Shown: positions 39,887-50,357, numbered from the stretch's first letter. The stretch is 64,000 nt of DNA from an uncultured Clostridia bacterium (GCA_948560265.1 CAOXTD010000002.1:93580-157579); one strand, 5' to 3'. Notes: a model not told the origin generated them from the letters alone. Made by a program: numbers and translations.

Positions 39887-42058
39887 TTGCAAGTAATCAA
39901 AAGAGATGGAAGAGTAGTTGAATTTAATATAGAAAGAATAGTTAAGGCGGTAACAAAAGCTATGGCGCAAACACCAGAAGGAATAGATATCGACTTAGCT
40001 AACAAAATAGCGATATCTGTACAAAAACAATTTGAAGACAAGCCACAAACTACGGTTTATGAAATTCAAGACGCTGTAGAAAAAAAGCTAATGGCATCTT
40101 CTAGAAAAGAAGTAGCTCAAAGTTATATTACATATCGCTATAACCGAGATGTAGCAAGAAAATCCAAAACAAAAGAAGTATTTTTAGATATCATTAGTGC
40201 CAAAGCAAATGAAGGAAAGAAAGAGACATTCAGTAGAAATACAGATACTCCTACTGGTATGATGATGAAATTTGCATCAGAAACAACAAAGCCATTTGTA
40301 GATGACTTTTTATTATCTCGCGAAGCAAGAGAAGCAGTAAAAAATAATTACATTTTTGTTCATAACGAAGACTATTACCCAACTAAATCTTTAACTTGTC
40401 TACAACACCCCCTAAACAAAATATTAGAAAATGGATTTAATATAGGAACAAGTAGTTCAAGACCAGCGCAAAGAATTGAAGCAGCATGTGCACTGGCATT
40501 TATCACTATGGGAATCGTTCAAAACGAAATGCATGGGGGACAAGCTATACCAGCATTTGACTATTATTTAGCACCATATGTTAAAATGACTTTCTGCGAA
40601 GAAGTAGAAAAAATTGCAAATTTATTAGGAAAGGATTTATCAGACCTATTAGATTATCAACCAGAAGAATATATTACTAAAGATTTAAATAAATTAACAG
40701 GAAAACAAAGAGACTTACAAGCAGCAATTAATAATACAGTATTTCGTGTACATCAAGCAATAGAGGGTTTTATTCATAATATGAACACTATCCATTCAAA
40801 AGGTGGAAATCAGGTAGTAGATAGTAGTATTAATTATGGAACAGACACTTCTCCAGAAGGAAGATGTATCATTAGGGAATTGTTACTCTCTACAGAGCAA
40901 GGGATAGGCAACCAAGAAACACCAACTTATCCAACTCAAATTTGGAAGAAAAAGAGAGGAATTAATTATTTACCACAAGATAAAAACTATGATTTATATC
41001 AATTAGCCTGCCAAATTGCAAGTAAACGCTACATGCCAAACTTTTTAAACTTAGACGCGAGTTTTAATCAAAACGAAAATTGGCAAGAGAAAGACAACAA
41101 CAGATATCAATACGAATGTGCAGTCATGAGAGGGAGAACAAGAGTATTTGAAAATAGACATGGTGAAAAGACAGCTATAGGAAGAGGAAATCTTTCTTAC
41201 ACAACAATTAATTTACCAAAAATTGCCATAAAATCAGCCATAGAGGCACAAGGAAAATTAGGAGTTTCCTTTGAACTAGGAAAAGTGGAAAACAAAGTAA
41301 TACCAGATTCTTACAATAAGACTGTAAAAAAGATTTTTATACAAAAATTAGAAGAATATGCAGAAATAGCAGGAAAGCAATTATACGAAAGATACAATTT
41401 CCAATGTACAGCAATTGCTAAACAATTTCCTCTTCTTATGTCAGGGCTATGGCAAGAAAGTGAAAAATTGAAAGCATTCGACAAAACTGCCGCTGTTTTA
41501 AAACATGGAACTTTAAGTATCGGCTATATAGGACTAGCAGAATGCCTAACTGCATTGACAGGAAAACACCATGGAGAAACGAAAGAAGCCCAAGAACTAG
41601 GCATAGAAATAATTACAGATTTAGAAGAAATAGCAATGCAACTATCAGAAAAATATAACTTAAATTATAATATACTTGCTACTTCACATTCAAAATTACA
41701 AGAAAAGTTTTTAAAAAGAGATCAAAATAAATTTGGAATGATTATAGGAGTAACAGATAAAGAAGCATATACCAATGGAAATTCCTTACCAGCAGATTAT
41801 AATGGAACACTAGAAGAAAAAGCTAAAATAGAAGGGCCATATCATAAGCTAACCAAAGGAGGAAATAAGTTTTGGGCAATAATGGAAGCACAAGACATAG
41901 AAAATCCAGAAAGCTTACAGAAATTAGCAAATATAATAGAACAATATGATATCGGTTATACTAGCGTTCAAGTAAAGAAAATCAAATGCTCACATTGTGG
42001 CTATGAAAGTACTAATTTTCAACTAGAAAATTGCCCGAAATGTGGAAGCAATCTCTAA
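39887..42058 (+). CDS. nrdD: anaerobic ribonucleoside-triphosphate reductase NrdD-like (ATP-cone N-terminus, C-terminal Cys4 zinc ribbon); TTG start
   Basis: ATP-cone VIKRDGRVVEFNIERIVKAV, class III RNR core and C-terminal CSHCGY...CPKCGS. Confidence 0.7.
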   Translation: MQVIKRDGRVVEFNIERIVKAVTKAMAQTPEGIDIDLANKIAISVQKQFEDKPQTTVYEIQDAVEKKLMASSRKEVAQSYITYRYNRDVARKSKTKEVFLDIISAKANEGKKETFSRNTDTPTGMMMKFASETTKPFVDDFLLSREAREAVKNNYIFVHNEDYYPTKSLTCLQHPLNKILENGFNIGTSSSRPAQRIEAACALAFITMGIVQNEMHGGQAIPAFDYYLAPYVKMTFCEEVEKIANLLGKDLSDLLDYQPEEYITKDLNKLTGKQRDLQAAINNTVFRVHQAIEGFIHNMNTIHSKGGNQVVDSSINYGTDTSPEGRCIIRELLLSTEQGIGNQETPTYPTQIWKKKRGINYLPQDKNYDLYQLACQIASKRYMPNFLNLDASFNQNENWQEKDNNRYQYECAVMRGRTRVFENRHGEKTAIGRGNLSYTTINLPKIAIKSAIEAQGKLGVSFELGKVENKVIPDSYNKTVKKIFIQKLEEYAEIAGKQLYERYNFQCTAIAKQFPLLMSGLWQESEKLKAFDKTAAVLKHGTLSIGYIGLAECLTALTGKHHGETKEAQELGIEIITDLEEIAMQLSEKYNLNYNILATSHSKLQEKFLKRDQNKFGMIIGVTDKEAYTNGNSLPADYNGTLEEKAKIEGPYHKLTKGGNKFWAIMEAQDIENPESLQKLANIIEQYDIGYTSVQVKKIKCSHCGYESTNFQLENCPKCGSNL

Positions 42059-42111
42059 TTTCATAAAAAATTATAATCTATAATTTAAAATAAAAATGGG
42101 AGGAAAAAAGA

Positions 42112-43059
42112 ATGAATCAAATTAAAGTTTTTGCTTGTCCAACAGCTGAAGAATTTACAAAAGAAGTTTGTGAAAGTCTAGGATTACCAATGGGAAAGAT
42201 AGAGTGTTACAAATTTGCGAATGATAACAATTTTGTACAATACAAAGAGACTGTCAGAGAACAAGATATTTACTTAATTCAAACTACTCAGCCACCAGTT
42301 AATGAAAGAATTATGGAACTACTCATCATGGTAGATGCTGCTAAAAGAGCATCAGCAGGAAGAATTAATGTAGTATTACCATATTTTATCTACTCTAGAT
42401 CAGATAAAAAGGATCAGCCACGTATACCAGTAACAGCAAGACTATTGGCAGAATTATTAGAAGCAGCAGGAGTAGACAGAGTAATCACATGTGACTTGCA
42501 CAATCCAGCCATTCAAGCATACTTTAATATTCCTTGTGATCGTTTAACAGGACAACATTTGTTACAATCTTATTTTGATGCTAAAAATATTGAAAACAAA
42601 GTGGTTATTGCAACAGACGCAGGAAGTTCTAAAAAAGCCTATAAATATTCTACATATTTCAAATGTCCAATGGCTCTTATTGACAAAAGGAGAGCAGGAA
42701 ATGATGATAAAGCAGTCGCAGCCAATATTATAGGAGAGGTAAAAGACCAAACAGCTCTTATCTTTGATGATGAAGTTAGCACAGCAGGAACTATGGTAGA
42801 GGCAGCAAGAATTTTAAAAGAAAATGGAGCAAACGAAATTTATGCAGCTTGTACGCATGGAATCTTATGTGGACCAGCAATTGAAAGAATACAAAACTCA
42901 CCAATCAAAGAATTAGTAATAACCAATACAGTACCATTAACAGAGAAGAAACAAATAGAAAAGATAAAAGTATTGTCTATAGCGCCATTATTTGCAGAAG
43001 CAATCAAAAGGATAAACGAAGCAAAACCATTAGGAGATTTATTTGAATTTGATAAATAA
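42112..43059 (+). CDS. prs: ribose-phosphate pyrophosphokinase (PRPP synthetase)
   Basis: Prs family with the PRPP-binding loop. Confidence 0.85.
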   Translation: MNQIKVFACPTAEEFTKEVCESLGLPMGKIECYKFANDNNFVQYKETVREQDIYLIQTTQPPVNERIMELLIMVDAAKRASAGRINVVLPYFIYSRSDKKDQPRIPVTARLLAELLEAAGVDRVITCDLHNPAIQAYFNIPCDRLTGQHLLQSYFDAKNIENKVVIATDAGSSKKAYKYSTYFKCPMALIDKRRAGNDDKAVAANIIGEVKDQTALIFDDEVSTAGTMVEAARILKENGANEIYAACTHGILCGPAIERIQNSPIKELVITNTVPLTEKKQIEKIKVLSIAPLFAEAIKRINEAKPLGDLFEFDK

Positions 43060-43082
43060 AGCTAGACAACCTATTGACAAAA

Positions 43083-43111
43083 TTCATGGATAAAGGTATA
43101 ATATGTAACGT
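43083..43111 (+). promoter_or_regulatory. sigma-A promoter (TTGACA, 17 bp spacer, TATAAT) for rpsU
   Basis: ttgacaaaattcatggataaaggtataat. Confidence 0.55.
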
Positions 43112-43189
43112 ACGAAAGTTTAAAAATATCGTGCAACAAGAAAATCCCACACGTAAGAGTGTAATTACTGAAGGGAGGGGAATAAAATT

Positions 43190-43360
43190 ATGTCAGAAGT
43201 TAAAGTTAATAATGGAAATATAGAAGATGCCTTAAAAAGATTTAAAAGACAATGCGCAAGAAATGGAGTATTGCAAGAAGTTAGAAAAAGAGAACATTAT
43301 GAAAAACCAAGCGTAAAAAGAAAAAAGAAATCAGAGGCAGCTAGAAAAAGAAAATTCTAA
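43190..43360 (+). CDS. rpsU: 30S ribosomal protein S21
   Basis: [56 protein letters not shown]. 56 aa, below the ORF-track cutoff. Confidence 0.9.
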   Translation: MSEVKVNNGNIEDALKRFKRQCARNGVLQEVRKREHYEKPSVKRKKKSEAARKRKF

Positions 43361-43429
43361 GAAAAAATGGGAGGGTTGAAAGTTAGATAAATAATTTTCA
43401 ACCCTTTTTTGAAAAAAGGAGAGAAAAGT

Positions 43430-43870
43430 ATGCTAAAAGAAAAATTATTAGAAGACTTAAAAGAATCTATGAAAGACAAAAATGTAACTCGTAAAAATGT
43501 AGTGCAAATGGTAAGAGCAGCAGTTTTGCAAGTAGAAAAAGACAAGCAAATAGAAGTAACAGATGAACAAATTGTAGAAATTATTGCAAAAGAAGCTAAA
43601 AAAAGAAGAGACTCCATACCAGACTATGAAAAAAGTGGAAGAGAAGACTTATTAAAACAAATTAATGAAGAGATTGCTATTTTAGAAGAATACTTACCGG
43701 AGCAATTATCACAAGAAGAAATAGAACAAAAAGTAAAAGAAATTATACAAGAAGTAGGTGCTAGTTCTATAAAAGATATGGGAATGGTAATGAAAACAGC
43801 AAAAGAAAGATTAGGGCTATCCGCCGATGGAAAAGCAATCAATGATGCAGCTAAAAAAATGCTAAGTTAA
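43430..43870 (+). CDS. yqeY: GatB/YqeY domain protein
   Basis: YqeY-like sequence and the conserved rpsU-yqeY neighbourhood. Confidence 0.75.
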   Translation: MLKEKLLEDLKESMKDKNVTRKNVVQMVRAAVLQVEKDKQIEVTDEQIVEIIAKEAKKRRDSIPDYEKSGREDLLKQINEEIAILEEYLPEQLSQEEIEQKVKEIIQEVGASSIKDMGMVMKTAKERLGLSADGKAINDAAKKMLS

Positions 43871-43881
43871 TAAAAATGAGA

Positions 43882-43915
43882 AATGTGAAATCAGCAATGA
43901 TTTTACATTTTTTGC
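43882..43915 (+). terminator. rho-independent terminator
   Basis: ATGTGAAATCA-gcaa-TGATTTTACAT followed by TTTTT. Confidence 0.5.
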
Positions 43916-44040
43916 ATTTAAGAAGAATGTAGAAAATTTACTCTAATTTTTCATAAATCAACTTGTATAAATTTACAAAAATAGATTATAATGTAAATAT
44001 GCGTTAGCAAAATCAAAGATAAAAGAAAAGAGGAAAAAAC

Positions 44041-45315
44041 ATGAATTATCAAAAAGAAGAAATCAAACAAGGAATTACTCTTCATCAAATTCATACAGAA
44101 AACTTTAAAACTAATTTATATGCCATCTTCTTAGCGATTCCATTAGAAAGAGAAAAGGTTACTTTAGATGCATTAATAGGAGCTGTGTTAAGACGAGGAA
44201 CACAAAGATTTCAAACTCAAGAAGCTATTAGTAAAGAATTAGAGAGAATGTATGGAGCTAGCTTCAACTGCGGAATTGAAAAAACAGGAGATAACCATAT
44301 ACTAAAATTCTATTTAGAAACATTAAGTGAAGAATTTTTACCAGAGCCAGAAAAGCTAAATGAAAAATGCTTATCCATTCTTTTTGATATAGCATTCAAC
44401 CCTTTAACGGTAAATGGAGCTTTCAAGCCAGAATATGTGGAAGGTGAAAAGAAAAATTTAAAACAAATTATTGAGTCAAAAATAGACAATAAAGCGAAAT
44501 ATGCTTATGATAGATGTATTGAAGAAATGTACAAAAATGAGCCATATGGATTATATAAATTTGGTTATATAGAAGATATAGATAGTATTACATCAGAATT
44601 ATTGTATCAACGCTATCAAGAATTAATTGCAAAATGTAAAGTGGATATCTTTTGTTCAGGAAGGTTAAATGAACAAGAAACCATAAAGCAAATCAAAGAA
44701 AACAAAAATATTCAAAAATTACAGGAAAGAAAACCACAATATGTAATTAATAACGAAATCACAGAAGGCAAAAAAGAAGTTCAACCAAACAACATAGAAG
44801 AAAGCATGCAAATAATACAAGGAAAGCTAGTAATAGGATTAGACATTTTAAATACGCAAGAAAACTCTCGCTTTATAGCATCTGTTTATAATGCTATCTT
44901 AGGTGGAGGAGCTAATTCAAAATTATTCCAGAATGTACGCGAAAAACAAAGTCTAGCATATACAGCAGGATCCAACTACTTAAGAACTAAAAACAGCATT
45001 TTTATTCGTTGCGGTATAGAAATTGCAAATTACCAAAAAGCATTAGAAACGATAAAAGAACAGTTAACAGATATCGCAAATGGAGAATTTTCAGAAGAAG
45101 ACCTAGAAAATGCCAAAAGACTAATTGTTTCTTCAGTAGATGCTATTTCAGAAGAACAAGATACAGAAATTACGTATTATTATGGGCAAGAACTATCAGA
45201 TAGATTTATGAGTATAGAAGACTACAAAAAACAAATTTTAGAAGCTACAAAAGGGCAAGTAATAGAACTTGCAAAAGACGTTAAAATTAACACAATTTAC
45301 TTTTTAAAGGATTAG
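44041..45315 (+). CDS. M16 family peptidase-like protein (insulinase family, non-catalytic partner; no HxxEH)
   Basis: M16 domain architecture, paired with a downstream M16 gene that does carry HxxEH. Confidence 0.65.
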   Translation: MNYQKEEIKQGITLHQIHTENFKTNLYAIFLAIPLEREKVTLDALIGAVLRRGTQRFQTQEAISKELERMYGASFNCGIEKTGDNHILKFYLETLSEEFLPEPEKLNEKCLSILFDIAFNPLTVNGAFKPEYVEGEKKNLKQIIESKIDNKAKYAYDRCIEEMYKNEPYGLYKFGYIEDIDSITSELLYQRYQELIAKCKVDIFCSGRLNEQETIKQIKENKNIQKLQERKPQYVINNEITEGKKEVQPNNIEESMQIIQGKLVIGLDILNTQENSRFIASVYNAILGGGANSKLFQNVREKQSLAYTAGSNYLRTKNSIFIRCGIEIANYQKALETIKEQLTDIANGEFSEEDLENAKRLIVSSVDAISEEQDTEITYYYGQELSDRFMSIEDYKKQILEATKGQVIELAKDVKINTIYFLKD

Positions 45316-45333
45316 TGAAAGGAAATAAAGTAG

Positions 45334-46611
45334 ATGAAAATCATAGAAAGTTCAAAAATAAAAGAAAAAGCTTATATTGAAAAATTAGAAAATGGAATGA
45401 CAGTCATCATTATTCCAAGAAAAAATACAAAAAAGAAATACATTATTTGGGGCACACATTTTGGATCAATTGATAATCACTTCATCATGCCACAAACAGG
45501 AGAAGAAGTATATATTCCAGATGGAGTAGCACACTTTTTAGAACATAAAATGTTCGAACAAGCGAATGGAACAAATAGCTTAGACACATTAATGGCATTA
45601 GGAATAGACGCAAATGCCTATACGACGAATGATCATACAGCATATCTATTTGAATGTACAGAACATTTTTATGAAGGACTAGATGAATTAATGGATTATG
45701 TACAAAATCCATACTTCACAGACGAAAATGTAGAAAAAGAAAAAGGAATTATTGGGCAAGAAATTAAAATGTATGATGATGAACCAGCATGGCAATTGTA
45801 CATGAATGCACTAGACTGTATGTATCGTGAAAATCCTATTAAAATTGATATAGCAGGAACAGTAGAATCTATTAGCGAAATAACACCAGATGTACTATAT
45901 AAATGCTATAACATTTTTTATCACCCATCTAATATGGCAATGGCAATATGTGGAAACTTTGAACCAGAAGAAATACTAAAGGAAGTAAAGAAACGTTTAA
46001 TTACTAAAGAAAATCAAGGAGAAATAAAAAGAATTTATCCAGTACAAGAAGATAAAATAAACAAGAAAGAAAAAACAGTGCAAATGGAAGTGAGTCTTCC
46101 AATGTTTATGATAGGATATAAGGATGTAGAAAATAGCCAAGAAAATAGAATTCAAAAGCATATTGCAATTGAAATATTACTAAATATGATAATTGGGAAA
46201 AGTTCAGATTTATATCAAGAATTATACGAAAAAGGAATACTACTTAGCCAGCCAGACCTAGACTATGAATTTGCAGACCAATATGCACATATATGTATAT
46301 CTGGTTTTACAAAAGAGCCACGATTAGTAAAAGAAAGAATAGACCAAACAGTAAAGCAAATGCAAGAAAATGGTATAGATGAAGAACATTTTAATCGCAT
46401 CAAAAAGAAAATCTATGGAGATTATGTAGTAGAATATAACAGTACTTCTGAAACAGCAAGAATGTTTTTAGCAGATAATATGAAACAAATAAATAGTTTT
46501 GACTATATTGAAGAATTTGAAACCGTAACAAAAGACTATACACAGACTGTGTTAAACAATATCTTCAAAGAAGAAAATGAAGTTCTTTCTATAGTAGAGC
46601 CAAATAAATGA
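45334..46611 (+). CDS. M16 family zinc peptidase (HxxEH motif)
   Basis: HFLEHKMFE inverted zincin motif. Confidence 0.75.
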   Translation: MKIIESSKIKEKAYIEKLENGMTVIIIPRKNTKKKYIIWGTHFGSIDNHFIMPQTGEEVYIPDGVAHFLEHKMFEQANGTNSLDTLMALGIDANAYTTNDHTAYLFECTEHFYEGLDELMDYVQNPYFTDENVEKEKGIIGQEIKMYDDEPAWQLYMNALDCMYRENPIKIDIAGTVESISEITPDVLYKCYNIFYHPSNMAMAICGNFEPEEILKEVKKRLITKENQGEIKRIYPVQEDKINKKEKTVQMEVSLPMFMIGYKDVENSQENRIQKHIAIEILLNMIIGKSSDLYQELYEKGILLSQPDLDYEFADQYAHICISGFTKEPRLVKERIDQTVKQMQENGIDEEHFNRIKKKIYGDYVVEYNSTSETARMFLADNMKQINSFDYIEEFETVTKDYTQTVLNNIFKEENEVLSIVEPNK

Positions 46612-46617
46612 TAAGAT

Positions 46618-46657
46618 AAGACAAAACCAAGCCTAATGCACTAGGCTTGGTTTATTT
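46618..46657 (+). terminator. rho-independent terminator
   Basis: AACCAAGCCTA-atgca-CTAGGCTTGGTT followed by TATTTATT. Confidence 0.65.
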
Positions 46658-46877
46658 ATTAAATAGCGGTTAATTTTGAAATTTAGTGTCATCAAAAATC
46701 AAACAAAATCGAAAGAGAAAAAATACTGTCGAAAAAAATAAAAAAAAGAAGAAAAATGTCATACGAAAATCACTGAAAATACTACAAAATGAGTGAAAAC
46801 TAATTGACTAATATGTAAAAATATGGTATTTTAAATATATACTAAAGACGAAAAAACAAAAAAGAGGAGTGATTCAT

Positions 46878-47072
46878 ATGTTAAATGAAGAAATTTGTAA
46901 ATTAAGGGAAAAACTAAATGACAGCATACTAAATGAACCAGATTACAATATCACTTATCAAATCAGTGTGGAGCTAGATCAATTAATAGCACAATATTAT
47001 AGCTCACAAATGAAACTAGCAACACAAACAAATGGAAAACAAAGGGAAAAACAAATGGTAACAAAAAAGTAA
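46878..47072 (+). CDS. Spo0E-like sporulation regulatory protein (aspartyl-phosphate phosphatase family)
   Basis: MLNEEICKLREKLNDSIL...ISVELDQLIAQYY. GAGGAG RBS 8 nt before the ATG at 46878. Confidence 0.6.
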   Translation: MLNEEICKLREKLNDSILNEPDYNITYQISVELDQLIAQYYSSQMKLATQTNGKQREKQMVTKK

Positions 47073-47295
47073 ATGAATGATGCAGACATGCAGAATATAG
47101 AAAAAAGCAATTAGGATAAAATTTATCCTAGTTGCTTTTCTGCATAATAGAAAATTATTACAAAAACATGACGTTTTTATGACATTTATGTAACAATAGA
47201 GAAAAAACTAAAAAGATATGCTATGATAAAAGTACTTGAAAACAAATAAAAAGTAAGGTATAATAAGAAACAATGTCAAAAGAAAAGGAAGAAAA

Positions 47296-47670
47296 ATGAT
47301 TAAGAAAAAAAGCTTATTTATTATAGTTATCTTAATATTAGGTTTTATGATGTTTTTTCCAAGTACTATAACAGCAATTAGTGACCCAATTACAGATCCA
47401 AATGCATATAAACCAGGTAGCATTAATACAAGTGATGCAAATGTAGTGGCTCAAAAAGGAGGAATAATATTTAATATTATATCTACGCTTGGTATTATTG
47501 TTGCAGTAATTACGATTATTGTAATTGGAATTAAGTATATGGTTGGAAGTGTTCAGGAAAAAGCAGAATACAAAAAAACAATGATTCCATATTTGGTGGG
47601 AGTTGTTATGATAATAGGAGTTAGCGGAATTTTAAAACTAATAGCAAAATTAGCAACTAATATTGAATAA
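47296..47670 (+). CDS. pilin-like small membrane protein (VirB2/TrbC-like candidate), paralog 1
   Basis: Signal peptide plus two hydrophobic helices separated by KYMVGSVQEKAEYKKTMIPY. Confidence 0.5.
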   Translation: MIKKKSLFIIVILILGFMMFFPSTITAISDPITDPNAYKPGSINTSDANVVAQKGGIIFNIISTLGIIVAVITIIVIGIKYMVGSVQEKAEYKKTMIPYLVGVVMIIGVSGILKLIAKLATNIE

Positions 47671-47756
47671 AAAAACATAAAATATTGAAAAATAAACAAA
47701 TATATTGTATAATAATATACAAAAATAAAGAATTAAAAGAAAGGATAGTAATAAAA

Positions 47757-48149
47757 ATGAAAATTTGGAAATACTTTGCTGTAATTTTAATAGCCACATT
47801 TTTATTATTGTCATTTTCTATGAGTTATTCTCATACTAATGCAGCAGCACTTAGTAATATAGTATCAGGAGCAGACAGTTTCATACAAAATGGACAAGGT
47901 AATTCTAAGATTGATAATGAAGACATTCATAATTTATCAGACTCCATTTACAATATTTTATTAATAATTGGAACAATTGTAGCCATGATTGTAGGAGTAG
48001 TCTTAGGTATTCAATTTATTACAGGAAGTGTAGAAGCGAAAAGCAAGGTAAAAGAATCTTTAATACCATATGTAGCAGGCTGTGTTGTTATTTTTGGAGC
48101 ATTTGGTATTTGGAAATTAGTAATCACTATCTTACAGGGGCTTAATTAA
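47757..48149 (+). CDS. pilin-like small membrane protein, paralog 2
   Basis: Same architecture, with the conserved loop FITGSVEAKSKVKESLIPY. Confidence 0.5.
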   Translation: MKIWKYFAVILIATFLLLSFSMSYSHTNAAALSNIVSGADSFIQNGQGNSKIDNEDIHNLSDSIYNILLIIGTIVAMIVGVVLGIQFITGSVEAKSKVKESLIPYVAGCVVIFGAFGIWKLVITILQGLN

Positions 48150-48245
48150 TTTATAGTTAAACTAAAAAATAAAAAGATTTTAATATTATTCCAAAAATTA
48201 TTGGAATAAATCAAATAAATATAAAAATAAAGGGAGGAAAAAACT

Positions 48246-48608
48246 ATGCAAAAAACAATGAAACTAATTAGTATTTTATTAATGGTTGTAATGATTTGCT
48301 TTACATTAAGTACAGTTGCTAAAGCAGCTCCTAATGTTGATAGTATCGTAGGAATAATGGATAACCAAACTGCTAATGGTGCAGAAAATGTTGCATCAAT
48401 TGGTGGACAAATTGCTGATATTATTACAACAGTAGGAATCGTTGTAGCTGTTATTGTTATATTAATTTTAGGTATTAAATACATGATGGGAAGTGCATCA
48501 GAAAAAGCAGAATACAAGAAAACAATGATTCCATATGTAGTTGGAGCTATGCTAATTTTAGGTGGATCAGCTATTGTAAAAATTTTATTTTCAATTCAAA
48601 TTGTTTAA
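48246..48608 (+). CDS. pilin-like small membrane protein, paralog 3
   Basis: Same architecture, with the loop KYMMGSASEKAEYKKTMIPY. Confidence 0.5.
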   Translation: MQKTMKLISILLMVVMICFTLSTVAKAAPNVDSIVGIMDNQTANGAENVASIGGQIADIITTVGIVVAVIVILILGIKYMMGSASEKAEYKKTMIPYVVGAMLILGGSAIVKILFSIQIV

Positions 48609-48640
48609 TAATATTACAAAAACATTACGAATATATTACA

Positions 48641-48670
48641 AATATATTAAAAGTGCACAAAAAGTGCACT
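48641..48670 (+). terminator. rho-independent terminator after the pilin-like genes
   Basis: AAAGTGCAC-aaa-AAGTGCACTTT followed by T8. Confidence 0.65.
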
Positions 48671-48784
48671 TTTTTTTGCTTTTTAGTTACAATTTTCGTG
48701 TTTATTTGCTATAATATATGATAAGCATAAATAGAATTATGAAAAACAAAAGAGACTTGAGAAACAAAGGAGGACAAGCAGCTT

Positions 48785-49129
48785 ATGGGCACATATAATT
48801 TACCCAGAAATGTAAAAGGTGAAGGCAGAATTTTATTTATTTTTACCACTAAAAGTTTAATATATTCTGTAATAGCAGCAGCCATAGGTCTACCATTTTA
48901 TTTTATCTTCTCTAGCTTTGGAATGACAATGGTTGGAATTGCCTGCGTAGCTATTTTCGCAGTAATTGGGTTTACAATAGGAACTCTAAAAATGCCAGAG
49001 TTAGGAAAGTTTGAGTTTTCTAAAAAAACAGGTGGAGAAAATTTGGATGATATTATCAAAAGAGCAATTACTTTCAAAATGAAAGGAAAGAAAGTATATA
49101 TCTACAAGGAGGGTGAAAATAATGATTGA
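48785..49129 (+). CDS. VirB3/PrgI-like conjugal transfer membrane protein
   Basis: ~114 aa with 2 TM helices, immediately upstream of the T4SS ATPase region. Confidence 0.5.
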   Translation: MGTYNLPRNVKGEGRILFIFTTKSLIYSVIAAAIGLPFYFIFSSFGMTMVGIACVAIFAVIGFTIGTLKMPELGKFEFSKKTGGENLDDIIKRAITFKMKGKKVYIYKEGENND

Positions 49130-50357
49130 AATGATTACAATAATATTAGCAATTGTATTAATTGCCATGGTAATGCTACTTGCCGTCCTTTGCATGTTAT
49201 ACTTTAAATCGAAAAATAAACAACCAGAAACAGCTAAAAGTACTTCAACAATTTCAAATAAAAAAGAAATTAAAACCAGTAAAAACTATTCAGTAGAATC
49301 TGCTTTTGATTTTATGGAATTTGATACTGTAGAAGATAATATGATTTCTACAAAAAATGGTGGAAAATATGTCATGGTAGTAGAATGTCAAGGTATTAAC
49401 TATGACTTGATGTCAGAAGTAGAAAAAAATGCAGTAGAAGAAGGATTTATTCAATTTTTAAATACCCTAAGACATCCTATTCAAATTTACACACAAACGA
49501 GAACAATTAACCTAGAAAGCAGTATTCAAACATATCGTGATAAAGTAAAAGAAATAGAAGAAGAATTAGAAAAAGAAAAAAGAAAATATGAGCAAATGGT
49601 TAATTCAGGCAATTATACTAACGAACAACTAAATGCAGCATTTTATGATTTAACCAAAACTACTAATCTATATGAATATGGAAAAGATATTATCTATACC
49701 ACTGAAAAGATGAGCTTAAATAAGAATGTACTAAATCAAAAATATTACATCATCATTCCATATTACCCAGAAGAACTAGGAGAAAACAACTTTGATAAGC
49801 AAGAAATTAGAAATTTAGCTTTTTCAGAATTGTACACAAGAGCACAATCTATTGTTAGAACTTTATCCGTATGTGGTATTACAGGAAAAGTGCTAGACTC
49901 TAATGAATTAGTAGATTTACTATACATAGCATACAACAGAGATGATGCAGAAATCTATGGAATTGACAAAGCAATTGAAGCAGGATATAACGAACTATAT
50001 TCTACAGCACCAGATGTAGTAGATAAGAAAATGAAAGCACTAAATGAACAAATTGAAAAAGCAGCTTTTGAAAAAGCAAATCAAAAAGTAATAGAAGCAA
50101 AAACAGAAAAGCAAAAAGCTTTTGAACAAAAACAAGAGAATCAGGAGGATCTAATAGCACAATTAGCTTCCATCATTGTAGAGCAAAATAGAGGCGCTAT
50201 TGGAAATGATATTGCAGATAATGCTATTGAAAAAATTCAAGAAGAAAAACAAAAGAGAAGAGGAAGGCCTAAAAAACAAACTTCAGAAAGTACAGAAGAA
50301 GGAGGCGTAGGAGCAAATGAGAAAGAAGGAAGAGATAGAAGTACAAAAACAGCATAA
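49113..50357 (+). CDS. T4SS-associated membrane-anchored protein (N-terminal TM, coiled-coil), unknown role
   Basis: N-terminal TM helix. Position in the cluster between the VirB3-like and VirB4 genes. Confidence 0.45.
   Translation: MKIMIEMITIILAIVLIAMVMLLAVLCMLYFKSKNKQPETAKSTSTISNKKEIKTSKNYSVESAFDFMEFDTVEDNMISTKNGGKYVMVVECQGINYDLMSEVEKNAVEEGFIQFLNTLRHPIQIYTQTRTINLESSIQTYRDKVKEIEEELEKEKRKYEQMVNSGNYTNEQLNAAFYDLTKTTNLYEYGKDIIYTTEKMSLNKNVLNQKYYIIIPYYPEELGENNFDKQEIRNLAFSELYTRAQSIVRTLSVCGITGKVLDSNELVDLLYIAYNRDDAEIYGIDKAIEAGYNELYSTAPDVVDKKMKALNEQIEKAAFEKANQKVIEAKTEKQKAFEQKQENQEDLIAQLASIIVEQNRGAIGNDIADNAIEKIQEEKQKRRGRPKKQTSESTEEGGVGANEKEGRDRSTKTA

Noticed and set aside
39760-40041. 93-aa minus-strand ORF overlapping the nrdD start and leader
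   Set aside because: It overlaps the nrdD RBS and N-terminus. The hydrophobic nonsense-like translation has no support.
45009-45203. 64-aa plus-strand ORF in an alternative frame inside the first M16 peptidase gene
   Set aside because: It is an out-of-frame overlap of a conserved gene. The translation is an Arg-rich artefact.
47080-47150. Long imperfect hairpin after the spo0E-like gene, considered as a small structured RNA
   Set aside because: It is most simply a terminator-like stem (13 bp with one G-U) extended by flanking complementarity. It shows no conserved riboswitch or ncRNA features and lacks a clear U-tract, so it is left unassigned.
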